Shown piece by piece: positions 10,463 to 19,053 of a stretch of 64,000 nt of DNA (position 1 is its first letter; each line of letters opens with the position of its first letter). The notes beneath the pieces are model-generated. The model searched no databases, was not told the origin of the DNA, and was given only the letters and a program-made list of their open reading frames with translations. The translations under genes and the position numbers were made by a program. Source of the stretch: a bacterium (GTDB taxonomy: Bacteria; Electryoneota; JAOADG01); the NCBI GenBank assembly GCA_963681965.1, contig OY820579.1, positions 2,784,001-2,848,000 of the forward strand, given 5' to 3'.

Positions 10463-11707
10463 ATGGCGTACAAATCTGCGAAAGATATTTTCGCGAAGAC
10501 GATCGACAAGATCAAAGACGATGGTCTATTTAAGACTGAACGATTGATTTGCAGCCCGCAAGGCGCCGATATCAAAGTCCGATTTCCGGCTGATGCTCCG
10601 GAAAAAGAAGTAATCAATATGTGTGCCAACAACTATCTCGGTTTGGCAAATCATCCCGAGGTCGTTAAAGCTGCGCACGAAGCACTCGACATCCGTGGAT
10701 ACGGGATGTCTTCGGTTCGCTTTATTTGCGGCACGCAGGACATTCATCGCGAATTGGAGAAGAAAACTGCGGAATTTCTTGGCAAGGAAGACTGCTGCGT
10801 ATTCGGTAGCTGTATGGATGCCAACGCTGCAGTATTCGAAGTATTACTATCGGAAGAAGATGCAATCATCTCCGACCGCTTGATTCACGCGTCGTTGATC
10901 GATGGTATTCGGCTTTCGAAGGGTCAAAACTTCAACTACAAGCATGCCAACATGGAGCATCTGGAAGAGAAGCTTCAGGAAACGCAGAATTGCCGAATTC
11001 GGTTGATCGTCACCGACGGTGTCTTCTCGATGGACGGCGATACCGCACCGATGGACAAGATCTGTGAATTGGCAGAGAAGTATGAAGCGATGGTGTTGGT
11101 CGACGATTCACACGGTACTGGATATATCGGTAAAACCGGTCGTGGCGTTCACGAATTGTATGGGGTGATGGATAAAGTCGACATCATCACCACCACCTTT
11201 GGCAAGGCGCTCGGCGGTGCTACCGGCGGTTGCGTGGCAGGTCCGGCGGAAGTTGCCGAATTGATGAAACAGCGCGGTCGAACTTATTTATTCTCGAATG
11301 CGATTCCACCGGCAACGGCACTCGCTTCGATGAAAGTGATCGAAATGTTGAGTTCTTCCACTGGTCTGCGCGACAAGCTCGAGAAACTCACTGAATACTG
11401 GCGGAAGGGTTTGACCGAAGCCGGATTTGATGTCAAACCGGGTGATACGTCGATTGTTCCGGTGATGCTGTACAATGCGAAGTTGGCGCAGTCATTCAGT
11501 AAAGATCTGTATGACGAAGGGATCTATGCCGTCGGTTTCTTCTTCCCGGTAGTTCCGGCAGCACAGGCGCGAATTCGTACCCAGATCAGTGCCGGTCATG
11601 AATTCCATCATCTTGATAAAGCACTTGCCGCATTCAAGAAGGTGGGCGCGAAGCACGGTATTCTCGGCATGAAGAAGAAAGATATTATCGCGCGTTTCGG
11701 CGAATAA
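10463..11707 (+). CDS. kbl: Second glycine C-acetyltransferase-like alpha-oxoamine synthase (divergent Kbl paralogue)
   Basis: [48 protein letters not shown]; AAGGA RBS before the ATG at 10463. Confidence 0.85.
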   Translation: MAYKSAKDIFAKTIDKIKDDGLFKTERLICSPQGADIKVRFPADAPEKEVINMCANNYLGLANHPEVVKAAHEALDIRGYGMSSVRFICGTQDIHRELEKKTAEFLGKEDCCVFGSCMDANAAVFEVLLSEEDAIISDRLIHASLIDGIRLSKGQNFNYKHANMEHLEEKLQETQNCRIRLIVTDGVFSMDGDTAPMDKICELAEKYEAMVLVDDSHGTGYIGKTGRGVHELYGVMDKVDIITTTFGKALGGATGGCVAGPAEVAELMKQRGRTYLFSNAIPPATALASMKVIEMLSSSTGLRDKLEKLTEYWRKGLTEAGFDVKPGDTSIVPVMLYNAKLAQSFSKDLYDEGIYAVGFFFPVVPAAQARIRTQISAGHEFHHLDKALAAFKKVGAKHGILGMKKKDIIARFGE

Positions 11708-11745
11708 TTTCTTCACGCATTACTACCATCGTATTACATCAGTTG

Positions 11746-11775
11746 GGGAGGGCTCGCGAGCCCTCCCTTTTTTTT
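11746..11775 (+). terminator. Intrinsic terminator of the acsA-ACP-kbl operon
   Basis: gggagggctc-gc-gagccctccc followed by T8. Confidence 0.9.
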
Positions 11776-11777
11776 AT

Positions 11778-11848
11778 AGTAGGTCGGAATTTATTCCGAC
11801 TCTTGTCTTTTTTAGATTGAAATGAGTCGGAATAAATTCCGACCTACT
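11778..11848. repeat. REPIN-like inverted pair of GTAG-type REP elements
   Basis: Perfect 25-bp inverted repeat agtaggtcggaatttattccgactc (11778-11802) / gagtcggaataaattccgacctact (11824-11848); each arm is GTAG plus an internal palindrome. Confidence 0.8.
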
Positions 11849-11933
11849 GAGAAGAAGTTCTCCATATTCTTGTGTCCTACACCCTGATTTGTCGATGCGA
11901 AGCCCTGCAGGGACTGTGGCAACCTTCTCTTAT

Positions 11934-11956
11934 GTAGCCGCAGGCTTCAGCCTGCG
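11934..11956 (+). repeat. GTAG-type REP-like palindrome
   Basis: GTAGC-CGCAGGCT-TC-AGCCTGCG. Confidence 0.65.
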
Positions 11957-11981
11957 TTTAATTTCAATTGATTCTTCATCA

Positions 11982-12062
11982 TGATTATGTCTTTGCGAGG
12001 AATGAATGTAGTAACATCAGCCGCAGGCTGATTTACGAAGTGAATGACGAAGCAATCTCCGC
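11982..12062 (+). repeat. Dispersed palindromic element, copy 1 (GTCTTTGCGAG...GAAGCAATCT type)
   Basis: Closely similar to 59699-59805. Confidence 0.8.
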
Positions 12063-12162
12063 CTGTATCTTGAAGCTTATAATATTGCGTGTAAGGAAGC
12101 TATCGATAACTAGTGTCTAGTGTTAGAAACTTGATTGTAAGACCTAATGCTATGGTTTGATT

Positions 12163-12623
12163 CTAAAATTCAATCGGATCGAATTCAAGTGCAATTCCTT
12201 TCGAGGCTCGTCGCGCCTGATATAACTGAATTCCGATACCTTTACCTTTAATAATATTCAGAAGTACTTTTCTAGTATTCTTTTTCATTTCACAACCGAA
12301 GATAACGGAGCAATATAATTCATCTGGATATTCAAGTATAGTTTTAGATCCTTGAATATCTGCACCTGGTCTTGGTGCCCTGACGATACGAACCTCATTT
12401 TCATATGACCAATTCTGATGCTTTAAGCCGAAAATTCTGTGAAAAAATAAGGGTGGATTATCGAAAATGTTATTCAGTGTATATTGCTGAAGATCGATTG
12501 GATCGTATTCAATATTTTTATCTATCCAGATCTCGAATCGATATTTTTCAAGATACCTACAAATTTTTCTCGATCAAATCCAATGCAAAACCCGCGATGA
12601 TAATCGGAATAATGAGACCACAT
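12163..12623 (-). pseudogene. DUF2971-family protein, 3' part (IS-disrupted, with an additional 1-nt frameshift)
   Basis: Manual translation gives MWSHYSDYHRGFCIGFD, then after a frameshift near 12561-12570 KHQNWSYENEVRIV...VIFGCEM...LYQA...EF* (TAG 12165-12163). Confidence 0.8.
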
Positions 12624-12657
12624 TGATCTGCCCCCATTATTTGTACCAGTGTCTATG

Positions 12658-13533
12658 TCACACTGGTCTCATTCCTGCGTAGCGTAGCGGAGCAGGAATG
12701 AGTGGTAACTCTGTTTCCGGTGCCGGCGGCAGATAGCCCAAAGAGCTGTGCGGTCGAATCGTATTGTAATGGTGCCGCCATTGTTCGATAATCACCTTTG
12801 CTTCCAATATGGTATCAAAGATTTCACCCTTCAGCAACAGTTTCAACCGACAGTTAAAACTTTCGATGTATCCGTTTTCCCACGGGCTGCCAGGCGTAAT
12901 AAACAAGGGTTGCACATCAACCCGGGGCAGCCACGCTAGTACCTCATTCGCCGTAAACTCAGGGCCATTGTCACTACGAACATGAATCGGTGTACCTCGT
13001 ACTACAAACAGTTCTTCCAGTACGCAAAGAACATCATCCGCCTTGATCTTCCGGGCTACCAGGATCGCAAGGCATTCCCGGGTGTATTCGTCCATGATCG
13101 CAAAGATCTTGAACGAACGACCATTCGACGTATGCCACGTGACAAAGTCGAAGCTCCAGACATGATCCGGATGTTCCGGACGTAGACGGATGCAGGAACC
13201 ATCATTCAGCCACAGTCTTCGACGCTTCTTCTGCTTCTTCGGGACCTTCAGTCCGGACTGTCGCCAGATCCGTTCCACCCGTTTGTGGTTTACCCGCCAG
13301 CCGATGTTACGGATCATCGCCGTTACGATCCGGTAGCCATACCCGCCATACTGGCAAGCCAGAAATACCACCAGCGAGACCAACGGGCCTTCGTCGGCAC
13401 GACGAAGCGGTGCATACCGGTGACTCGTTCGTGGTTCGCAAAGAACCGTACAGACCCGTCGTTCCGAGACCCGATCAATGCCCAGCGAATGGCGAACAGT
13501 AAGCGCAGTCTCGCGACGCTTCGCCGGGCACAC
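12658..13533 (-). CDS. IS3 transposase OrfB (DDE integrase core)
   Basis: YGYR, VNHKRVERIW, WSFDF, SDNGPEF, PWENGYIESFN, RPHSSLGY. Confidence 0.95.
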   Translation of the reverse strand: MCPAKRRETALTVRHSLGIDRVSERRVCTVLCEPRTSHRYAPLRRADEGPLVSLVVFLACQYGGYGYRIVTAMIRNIGWRVNHKRVERIWRQSGLKVPKKQKKRRRLWLNDGSCIRLRPEHPDHVWSFDFVTWHTSNGRSFKIFAIMDEYTRECLAILVARKIKADDVLCVLEELFVVRGTPIHVRSDNGPEFTANEVLAWLPRVDVQPLFITPGSPWENGYIESFNCRLKLLLKGEIFDTILEAKVIIEQWRHHYNTIRPHSSLGYLPPAPETELPLIPAPLRYAGMRPV

Positions 13534-13808
13534 TATTTTCCCTTGAGAGCCTCCTGCAGGATCTCTTTGTCCAAGGTCAGATCAGATACGACCTTCCGAA
13601 GACGGCCATTCTCGCGTTCCAGTTCCTTCAAACGCTTCGCCTGATCCAGCTTCAAACCACCGTATTCCTTGCGCCAGTGGTAGTAAGTATGTTCCTGGAT
13701 GCCCAACTTCCGGCAAACTTCACGGACGCTCATCCCCTTCCCAATCTCAACTTCCGCTTCACGAAGCATCGGGATAATCTGCTCCGCAGTTCGCTTCACT
13801 CCACGCAT
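13533..13808 (-). CDS. IS3 transposase OrfA (HTH), probably fused to OrfB by -1 frameshift
   Basis: EVCRKLGI.EHTYYHWRKEYGG, RLKELERENGRLRK; ends G-GGA-AAA-TAG (slippery heptamer) with OrfB in the -1 frame. Confidence 0.93.
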   Translation of the reverse strand: MRGVKRTAEQIIPMLREAEVEIGKGMSVREVCRKLGIQEHTYYHWRKEYGGLKLDQAKRLKELERENGRLRKVVSDLTLDKEILQEALKGK

Positions 13809-13873
13809 GAAAACCTCCCATAAAAGGTACTACTCTGACATAGAGAGTGGTACTACTTTCGGGGGCTAGATCA

Positions 13874-14240
13874 ACATGATGATTGAATCGTGGACTTTCG
13901 ATACCGAATAGATCCCATATTTATCAGATGTGTCTAGTATTTTTATTGTTAAGAAGTCTACTAATTTCTGTCTTTGAATTGCGTCATTGAACAAATGGTA
14001 ATAATTCATTTCATTTATGTGATTTTCCTTGATGAATTCTGACTTTAAACCTGAAATTTCGAAATATCTCTTGATATGTTCATTGCTCTCAAACCCCCAA
14101 TCGTAAGGGATTCTACAATCAAATGGATCGTTCAATTCTGAAGGAGCTGCAAAGTATATTTCATTATTGCTAAGAGCTGAGATTCCATACTCATTCACAG
14201 CGCGATACTTGAAGTATTGTTTTGGAGTATCTTGGAACAT
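13874..14240 (-). pseudogene. DUF2971-family protein, 5' part
   Basis: YFKYR, IYFAAPSELNDPFDC, GIYSVSKVHDSIIM up to the IS junction. Confidence 0.8.
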
Positions 14241-14301
14241 GAAGAAATCTCCAATCATCGGAATTATTTACTAAGCACTAATCACTATTCGCCAATTCCG
14301 A

Positions 14302-16380
14302 TCATTTCACCAACTCGATCTTCCGAACCTGACTATTCTTCCCAACGTTCATTCGAACGAAATACGACCCTGAACTTAGCCCATTACCATTAAAATTCAA
14401 TTTGTAGCTGCCTGCATGCTGCAATCCCTGATGTAACGTGGTTATTTCCCGACCTTGCAAATCAAAAACGCGCAGATCGACTTTTCCGGGGGTGGGGAGG
14501 GAATAGGAAATCGTTGTGGAAGAATTGAACGGGTTTGGATAATTTGGCACTAGTAAGGGTTCCAAAAGCAGTGCGGGTGCAGCGCCAAATTGGACGCCCC
14601 AAGTACGAGCGTTATCATAGTAGTAAAGAAAGGATCTACTGGTCAACAGCCAGATACCACCATCAGGACTGATTTGGACTTTTAGAAAAGTGGTTCCGTA
14701 TGATTCGCCTAGTTCTTGCCATGAAGTGCCGCTGTTCGTCGTGTAATAAAATTGACCCCATCGACCAATCGCACAGCCAACATTTCCCCGAAAATCAACA
14801 TCAATCCAATTTCCAAAATTATCCGTATTAACGAGTGTCCAATACCGACTGCCATTGTTCGAAACCACTAAAGTACCATCACTCAAGATAGCGAACACTC
14901 GTGATGGAGAGACCGCTTTCACTACTTGAACTGCAAGGTTACCAGTCATCGGCAATAGTGTCCAGTGATTACCGCCATCGATTGTTTGAAAGAAATTGCT
15001 TCCATCGGATAACCAGCCCGATTGCCGATTTGCAAAGCTCAAGCTGACGATTTCGAAATTCGATCCCCATGTTTGCTCCGTCCAGTTACTTCCACCATCG
15101 GTAGTGTGAAGCAGGTGGCGATTTGTACCGTAACACCAGCCGTATAGGGAATCCACCATGATAATTTGTTGGAAGGCAGTGGTGGAATCTCGATATTGCT
15201 GAATCCAACTGTTACCGGCATCCGAACTGTGAAAAATCGTGCCATTGCTTCCGACAACCCAACCATTCAATGAATCGGGGAAAGTGATAGAATTCAAAAT
15301 CGCATTGGTGAGATCGAAATGATAACTCCACCCGCGATTTTCATTGAGTGAGAGTATCGTGCCATTTGGTCCAGCAAACCACAATACGGAAGGATCCGAT
15401 ACCGCAAACGAATTGAAGAATGTTGTAGCGGAAAACGATTGACTCGTAACTGTCTGCCAGCCATCGTCACTCATATTCAATACATATGCTGAATATGAAC
15501 TACTCCTTTCGGTTGCCCAAACTCGGTTATGATAATGAATGATCGGAGAGATCGAATGATTAGGAGAAATTCGATTCCAATTTTGACCACCATCCGTCGT
15601 TCTATAAAGACCATTGCTTGATGAACTGAGGTAACCTTGCAGTGAATCGACAAAATCGATATAACTAGCTTCGTAATTCAACGGATTTCTTGACCAGGAT
15701 GATCCACCGTCCGTAGTGCGTAGGATGACATTGGGATATTCGATCAGCCAGCCATGCAATGCATCGGTGAAACTCATTCCATAAAGGAACGTTGTATCGC
15801 TCCAGCAACTATCCCATGTGACGCCACCATCGGAAGTTCGGAATAATTGGCTGGGATTGTTGAACGTATGGATCCAACCATTCAGCCGATCGACGAATTT
15901 GATACCTGAAATAGAGTGTCCAGCACTGAATCGCTCGCTCCAATTCATTCCGCCATCTGTAGTTGCCAATAGTATGCTATTATCGCTGAGGAAGCCATGC
16001 AGCGAGTCGGTGAAGAGGATATCCATCAGATATGAATTCGGACGGTTTAACTGTATTGACCATGTTGAAGAATGGTAGCGAAGTACTACGCCGGAATCGG
16101 CAATCGCCCAGCCGTGGTTAGGATCGGTAAAAAATATGCTTTGAATGCGATTGGGCGTACCGGTGTTTTGATAGTTCCAGGTAGACCCGCCATCTGCAGA
16201 CCAATGAATTCCCATTTCCCAACCACTGATCCAGCCGTGAAGCGAGTCACAAAAAAAGATCGGACTGGGACAGGGAGAACATCGGCGTAAAGTATAGGTC
16301 TGACCATTGTTCCAAGCACTACATATGCATGTCAGACTGAATAACAGACCCAAAACTATCGGCAGTCGTTTGAAGTTCAT
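14302..16380 (-). CDS. Secreted YCF48/BNR (Asp-box) beta-propeller protein with C-terminal sorting domain
   Basis: Signal peptide; repeated F.D...GW and T.DGG.(T/S/N)W; NYPNPFN...LSSGSYFVRM....KIELVK. Confidence 0.85.
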   Translation of the reverse strand: MNFKRLPIVLGLLFSLTCICSAWNNGQTYTLRRCSPCPSPIFFCDSLHGWISGWEMGIHWSADGGSTWNYQNTGTPNRIQSIFFTDPNHGWAIADSGVVLRYHSSTWSIQLNRPNSYLMDILFTDSLHGFLSDNSILLATTDGGMNWSERFSAGHSISGIKFVDRLNGWIHTFNNPSQLFRTSDGGVTWDSCWSDTTFLYGMSFTDALHGWLIEYPNVILRTTDGGSSWSRNPLNYEASYIDFVDSLQGYLSSSSNGLYRTTDGGQNWNRISPNHSISPIIHYHNRVWATERSSSYSAYVLNMSDDGWQTVTSQSFSATTFFNSFAVSDPSVLWFAGPNGTILSLNENRGWSYHFDLTNAILNSITFPDSLNGWVVGSNGTIFHSSDAGNSWIQQYRDSTTAFQQIIMVDSLYGWCYGTNRHLLHTTDGGSNWTEQTWGSNFEIVSLSFANRQSGWLSDGSNFFQTIDGGNHWTLLPMTGNLAVQVVKAVSPSRVFAILSDGTLVVSNNGSRYWTLVNTDNFGNWIDVDFRGNVGCAIGRWGQFYYTTNSGTSWQELGESYGTTFLKVQISPDGGIWLLTSRSFLYYYDNARTWGVQFGAAPALLLEPLLVPNYPNPFNSSTTISYSLPTPGKVDLRVFDLQGREITTLHQGLQHAGSYKLNFNGNGLSSGSYFVRMNVGKNSQVRKIELVK

Positions 16381-16503
16381 CGCAGTTTCCTGATTATGGT
16401 TCTGATTTTACGTTTTTATACGACTTTTGGATTGTAAGCAAGAAAATCTGATGTATCGATCATAAAGAAATGAAAATCAATTTTGTTGTCTTCCTTACCG
16501 AAG

Positions 16504-16899
16504 TCACTTTCTTTTCGCCAACCCCACCACATAACCATCGGGATCAAGGACATACGCGACTTCATCGCCCCAATCGCGCAGTTGCAGCGGACTGAGCGGT
16601 GTCGCACCGAGCGAACAAGCTAACGCATAATCGGCAGCAGGATCGTCGCAGAAGAGATATAATTCAGCGCGGAGTGAAGCGGAAGAAGCAGTATCGGGAA
16701 GATGAGATCCCAATAGTCGCTTCATGCTCGCGTCGGGCATCAAACCCAGTAGGTAATCTTCGGCGAGTGGGAATTCGCACATCCCGGGTACATCGAGGGT
16801 CGGTTCGCGATGCAGAATTGCGCGATAAAATTTCTTTGCACGGTCGGGGTCGTTGACATAGAATATGGTCATACCGTGGAGCATTTTCCCCCCGATCAT
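16504..16899 (-). CDS. VOC/glyoxalase family protein
   Basis: YVNDPDRAKKFY, RDWGDEVAYVLDPDGY. Confidence 0.85.
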   Translation of the reverse strand: MIGGKMLHGMTIFYVNDPDRAKKFYRAILHREPTLDVPGMCEFPLAEDYLLGLMPDASMKRLLGSHLPDTASSASLRAELYLFCDDPAADYALACSLGATPLSPLQLRDWGDEVAYVLDPDGYVVGLAKRK

Positions 16900-16951
16900 C
16901 GCTCATAAATTAAATCAACGAACAAGTACTCATTGTTGATTATTTAAGTAA

Positions 16952-17776
16952 TTAGTGCGTAGCTCCAACCGGTATCGGCTGGGTTTCCTGCAATCGTTTA
17001 CGCAATTCCTCAAGTGGCGTCTTGATCAGGATGCTGACACGCCGATTTTCCGGTGCGGCGAGATTTCCACTATTTAATGGACGGGTATCGGAGAAACCAG
17101 TTACCTGTTGAATGCGGAATGACTTCAAACCGTATCCAATCATAACACGACGAATACTATTGGCACGTTCGGTCGAGAGTTCCCAATTGGTATAACCACT
17201 ACCGGAACCGCCATATTGGCGGTTGTCGGTGTGTCCTTCGATTGCGATCGGATATCCCAATTTCTCAATTTCCGGTGTTAATAATCGCATCAATTGATGA
17301 AGTTGCCGAGTGACATTTGCCGATCCGACTTCGAAGAAATTGAATTTGGTATTATCGCGTAATTCAATTCGTATACCTTCATCGGTCACCGATATATCGA
17401 CAAATTCACTTAACTCATCGAACTCCGGACGCGATTGCAATGCATTTTGCATCCGCGTGGCTTCTTCGGTCAGTGACTTCTCTAGTTCCTGCATGACTTG
17501 AGCGGTGGTGGGAGGAGGTGCTTTTCCGGGGACAGTCGATATTTTTGCCGAACCCATCGATTCGGAAAAACCAATCGGATCGCGGAAATATCCGGCGATT
17601 GCTTCTTTAGTTGGTTGGTCCTGACTGAGAATCCAAAGCACGATAAACAACGCCAACATTGCAGTGACGAAGTCGGCATAAGCAACTTTCCAAGCGCCAC
17701 CATGTCCACCTCCATGTGCCGCTTTTTTCGGGCGTCGTGGCGGTGGTTGCGATTCGTTTTCGGGAGAGGCTTCCAC
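16952..17776 (-). CDS. motB: Flagellar motor stator protein MotB
   Basis: HGGAWKVAYADFVTAMLALFIVLW (conserved Asp); OmpA-like EGHTD, NWELSTERA, NRRVSI. Confidence 0.93.
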   Translation of the reverse strand: MEASPENESQPPPRRPKKAAHGGGHGGAWKVAYADFVTAMLALFIVLWILSQDQPTKEAIAGYFRDPIGFSESMGSAKISTVPGKAPPPTTAQVMQELEKSLTEEATRMQNALQSRPEFDELSEFVDISVTDEGIRIELRDNTKFNFFEVGSANVTRQLHQLMRLLTPEIEKLGYPIAIEGHTDNRQYGGSGSGYTNWELSTERANSIRRVMIGYGLKSFRIQQVTGFSDTRPLNSGNLAAPENRRVSILIKTPLEELRKRLQETQPIPVGATH

Positions 17777-17778
17777 AA

Positions 17779-18633
17779 TTATCCTTTACCGAGTTGCGAT
17801 TCAAGTTCATCGAATGTCGGGCGCAATCCATCGTAAATGGCGCGGCGAGCATATTCAGCCGCCATTTTTGGATTCATTCCGCGAGCAATACCCAGAATGC
17901 CGTACTTCAATACATTTAATATCCGCGATTCTTCCATATTGCCGAGTTCTATGTTCATCGCCACTGGTCCCGCGAAACCATACGATAGTAATACCCCCAA
18001 GAAGGTTCCGACCAACGCAGCAGCGACTTTTTTACCAACGACTACCGGTCCTTCGGCAATGGCAGACATGGTTTTAATGATACCCATAACTGCCGCTACA
18101 ATACCGAGACCGGGAAGTGCGTCTGCGGTGTTGGCGAGTAGTTGCTGAGGTGTACTATGTTCTTCGTGAAGGGTTTCGATGTCGGTGTCCATTAACAATT
18201 CCAAATCGTAATGGGTAATACCACCAACAACAACCAGTTTTAAATTATCGGTCATGAATTTAATCAATTCATGGTTGTTCAAAATCAATGGATACTTAGA
18301 AAATATCGGGGAATTTCGAGGCTCCTGAATGTGCGATTCCAAAGCGATCAAGCCGTCACGGCGGGCAATCTGACCAAGGTCGTGAATCAATTTCAACGAT
18401 TCTAAATAGGTTGCTCGATCGGGCAATTTTCCGGTAATCGAACCAATCACTTTCGTGATCAGTAACTTGATTGTTCGCTGATTGCCTTTAATGATCAGTC
18501 CACCTAGTGCACCACCGCCAATGATCACGAACTCATACCACGGTTCGAAAATAAGTGCAATGTGTCCACCGCCCGCAGCATATCCACCGAAGACGAACAG
18601 CACTACCAGTATTAGACCAACGATTACAGTCAT
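17779..18633 (-). CDS. motA: Flagellar motor stator protein MotA
   Basis: EFVIIGG, ARRDGLIALE, PGLGIVAAVMGII, AAALVGTFLGVLLSYG. Confidence 0.93.
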   Translation of the reverse strand: MTVIVGLILVVLFVFGGYAAGGGHIALIFEPWYEFVIIGGGALGGLIIKGNQRTIKLLITKVIGSITGKLPDRATYLESLKLIHDLGQIARRDGLIALESHIQEPRNSPIFSKYPLILNNHELIKFMTDNLKLVVVGGITHYDLELLMDTDIETLHEEHSTPQQLLANTADALPGLGIVAAVMGIIKTMSAIAEGPVVVGKKVAAALVGTFLGVLLSYGFAGPVAMNIELGNMEESRILNVLKYGILGIARGMNPKMAAEYARRAIYDGLRPTFDELESQLGKG

Positions 18634-19053
18634 ATTGTTACCCTACGCGAGTCCTATTGTGTTCGACAAATTAACGCAACAGAAGCGTGTTTGCGTTGTG
18701 TAGAACTGCTGTCTTCTAATTTCTCGGTCGAATCGATTTGTCTGCTCGATAAAAATTGACAAACGGAACGCCCTGTTTTCGAATTACGCTTGATTACAAT
18801 TTTGATAATTCCAATAAATATATGCAATAACGAGAAAATAATCTAATTATTGTGTTATATTTATTGTTTATCATTTAGTAATAACAACTAATATTGAGGT
18901 TGCCAGATACTCCTCGAGAGTCTCTCCTCCGGGATTCCAATCAATAAAATAAAGTTAATGCTTTTCAACCGTTATGTCGAGAGTTCACGGTGTGATCTGA
19001 ATACCATTTTGTTGTTTCATTGCGTGACGGTTTCGATCATTCTACCTTGCTGC

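Larger units (their letters stand above)
12624..13873 (-). mobile_element. IS3-family insertion sequence, 1250 bp
   Basis: TG...CA ends; imperfect ~38-bp terminal IRs (TGATCTGCCCCCATTATTTGTACCAGTGTCTATGTCA vs TGATCTAGCCCCCGAAAGTAGTACCACTCTCTATGTCA); target duplication ACAT at 12620-12623 and 13874-13877. Confidence 0.95.

Noticed and set aside
10463-11707. Serine palmitoyltransferase / sphingolipid locus
   Set aside because: The enzyme has the Kbl-type VRFICGTQD signature, the ligase has short-chain Acs motifs, and no ceramide synthase or reductase genes are nearby
11778-12062. CRISPR array
   Set aside because: Repeats are inverted and heterogeneous with no regular repeat-spacer period; no cas genes
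16952-18633. Zorya (ZorAB) anti-phage system
   Set aside because: MotA is normal length with no long ZorA tail, MotB has the canonical flagellar WKVAYADF motif, and no zorC/D/E is adjacent
18720-18755. Sigma28 promoter for motA
   Set aside because: Only a weak ACCGAGAA resemblance to GCCGATAA and no convincing -35
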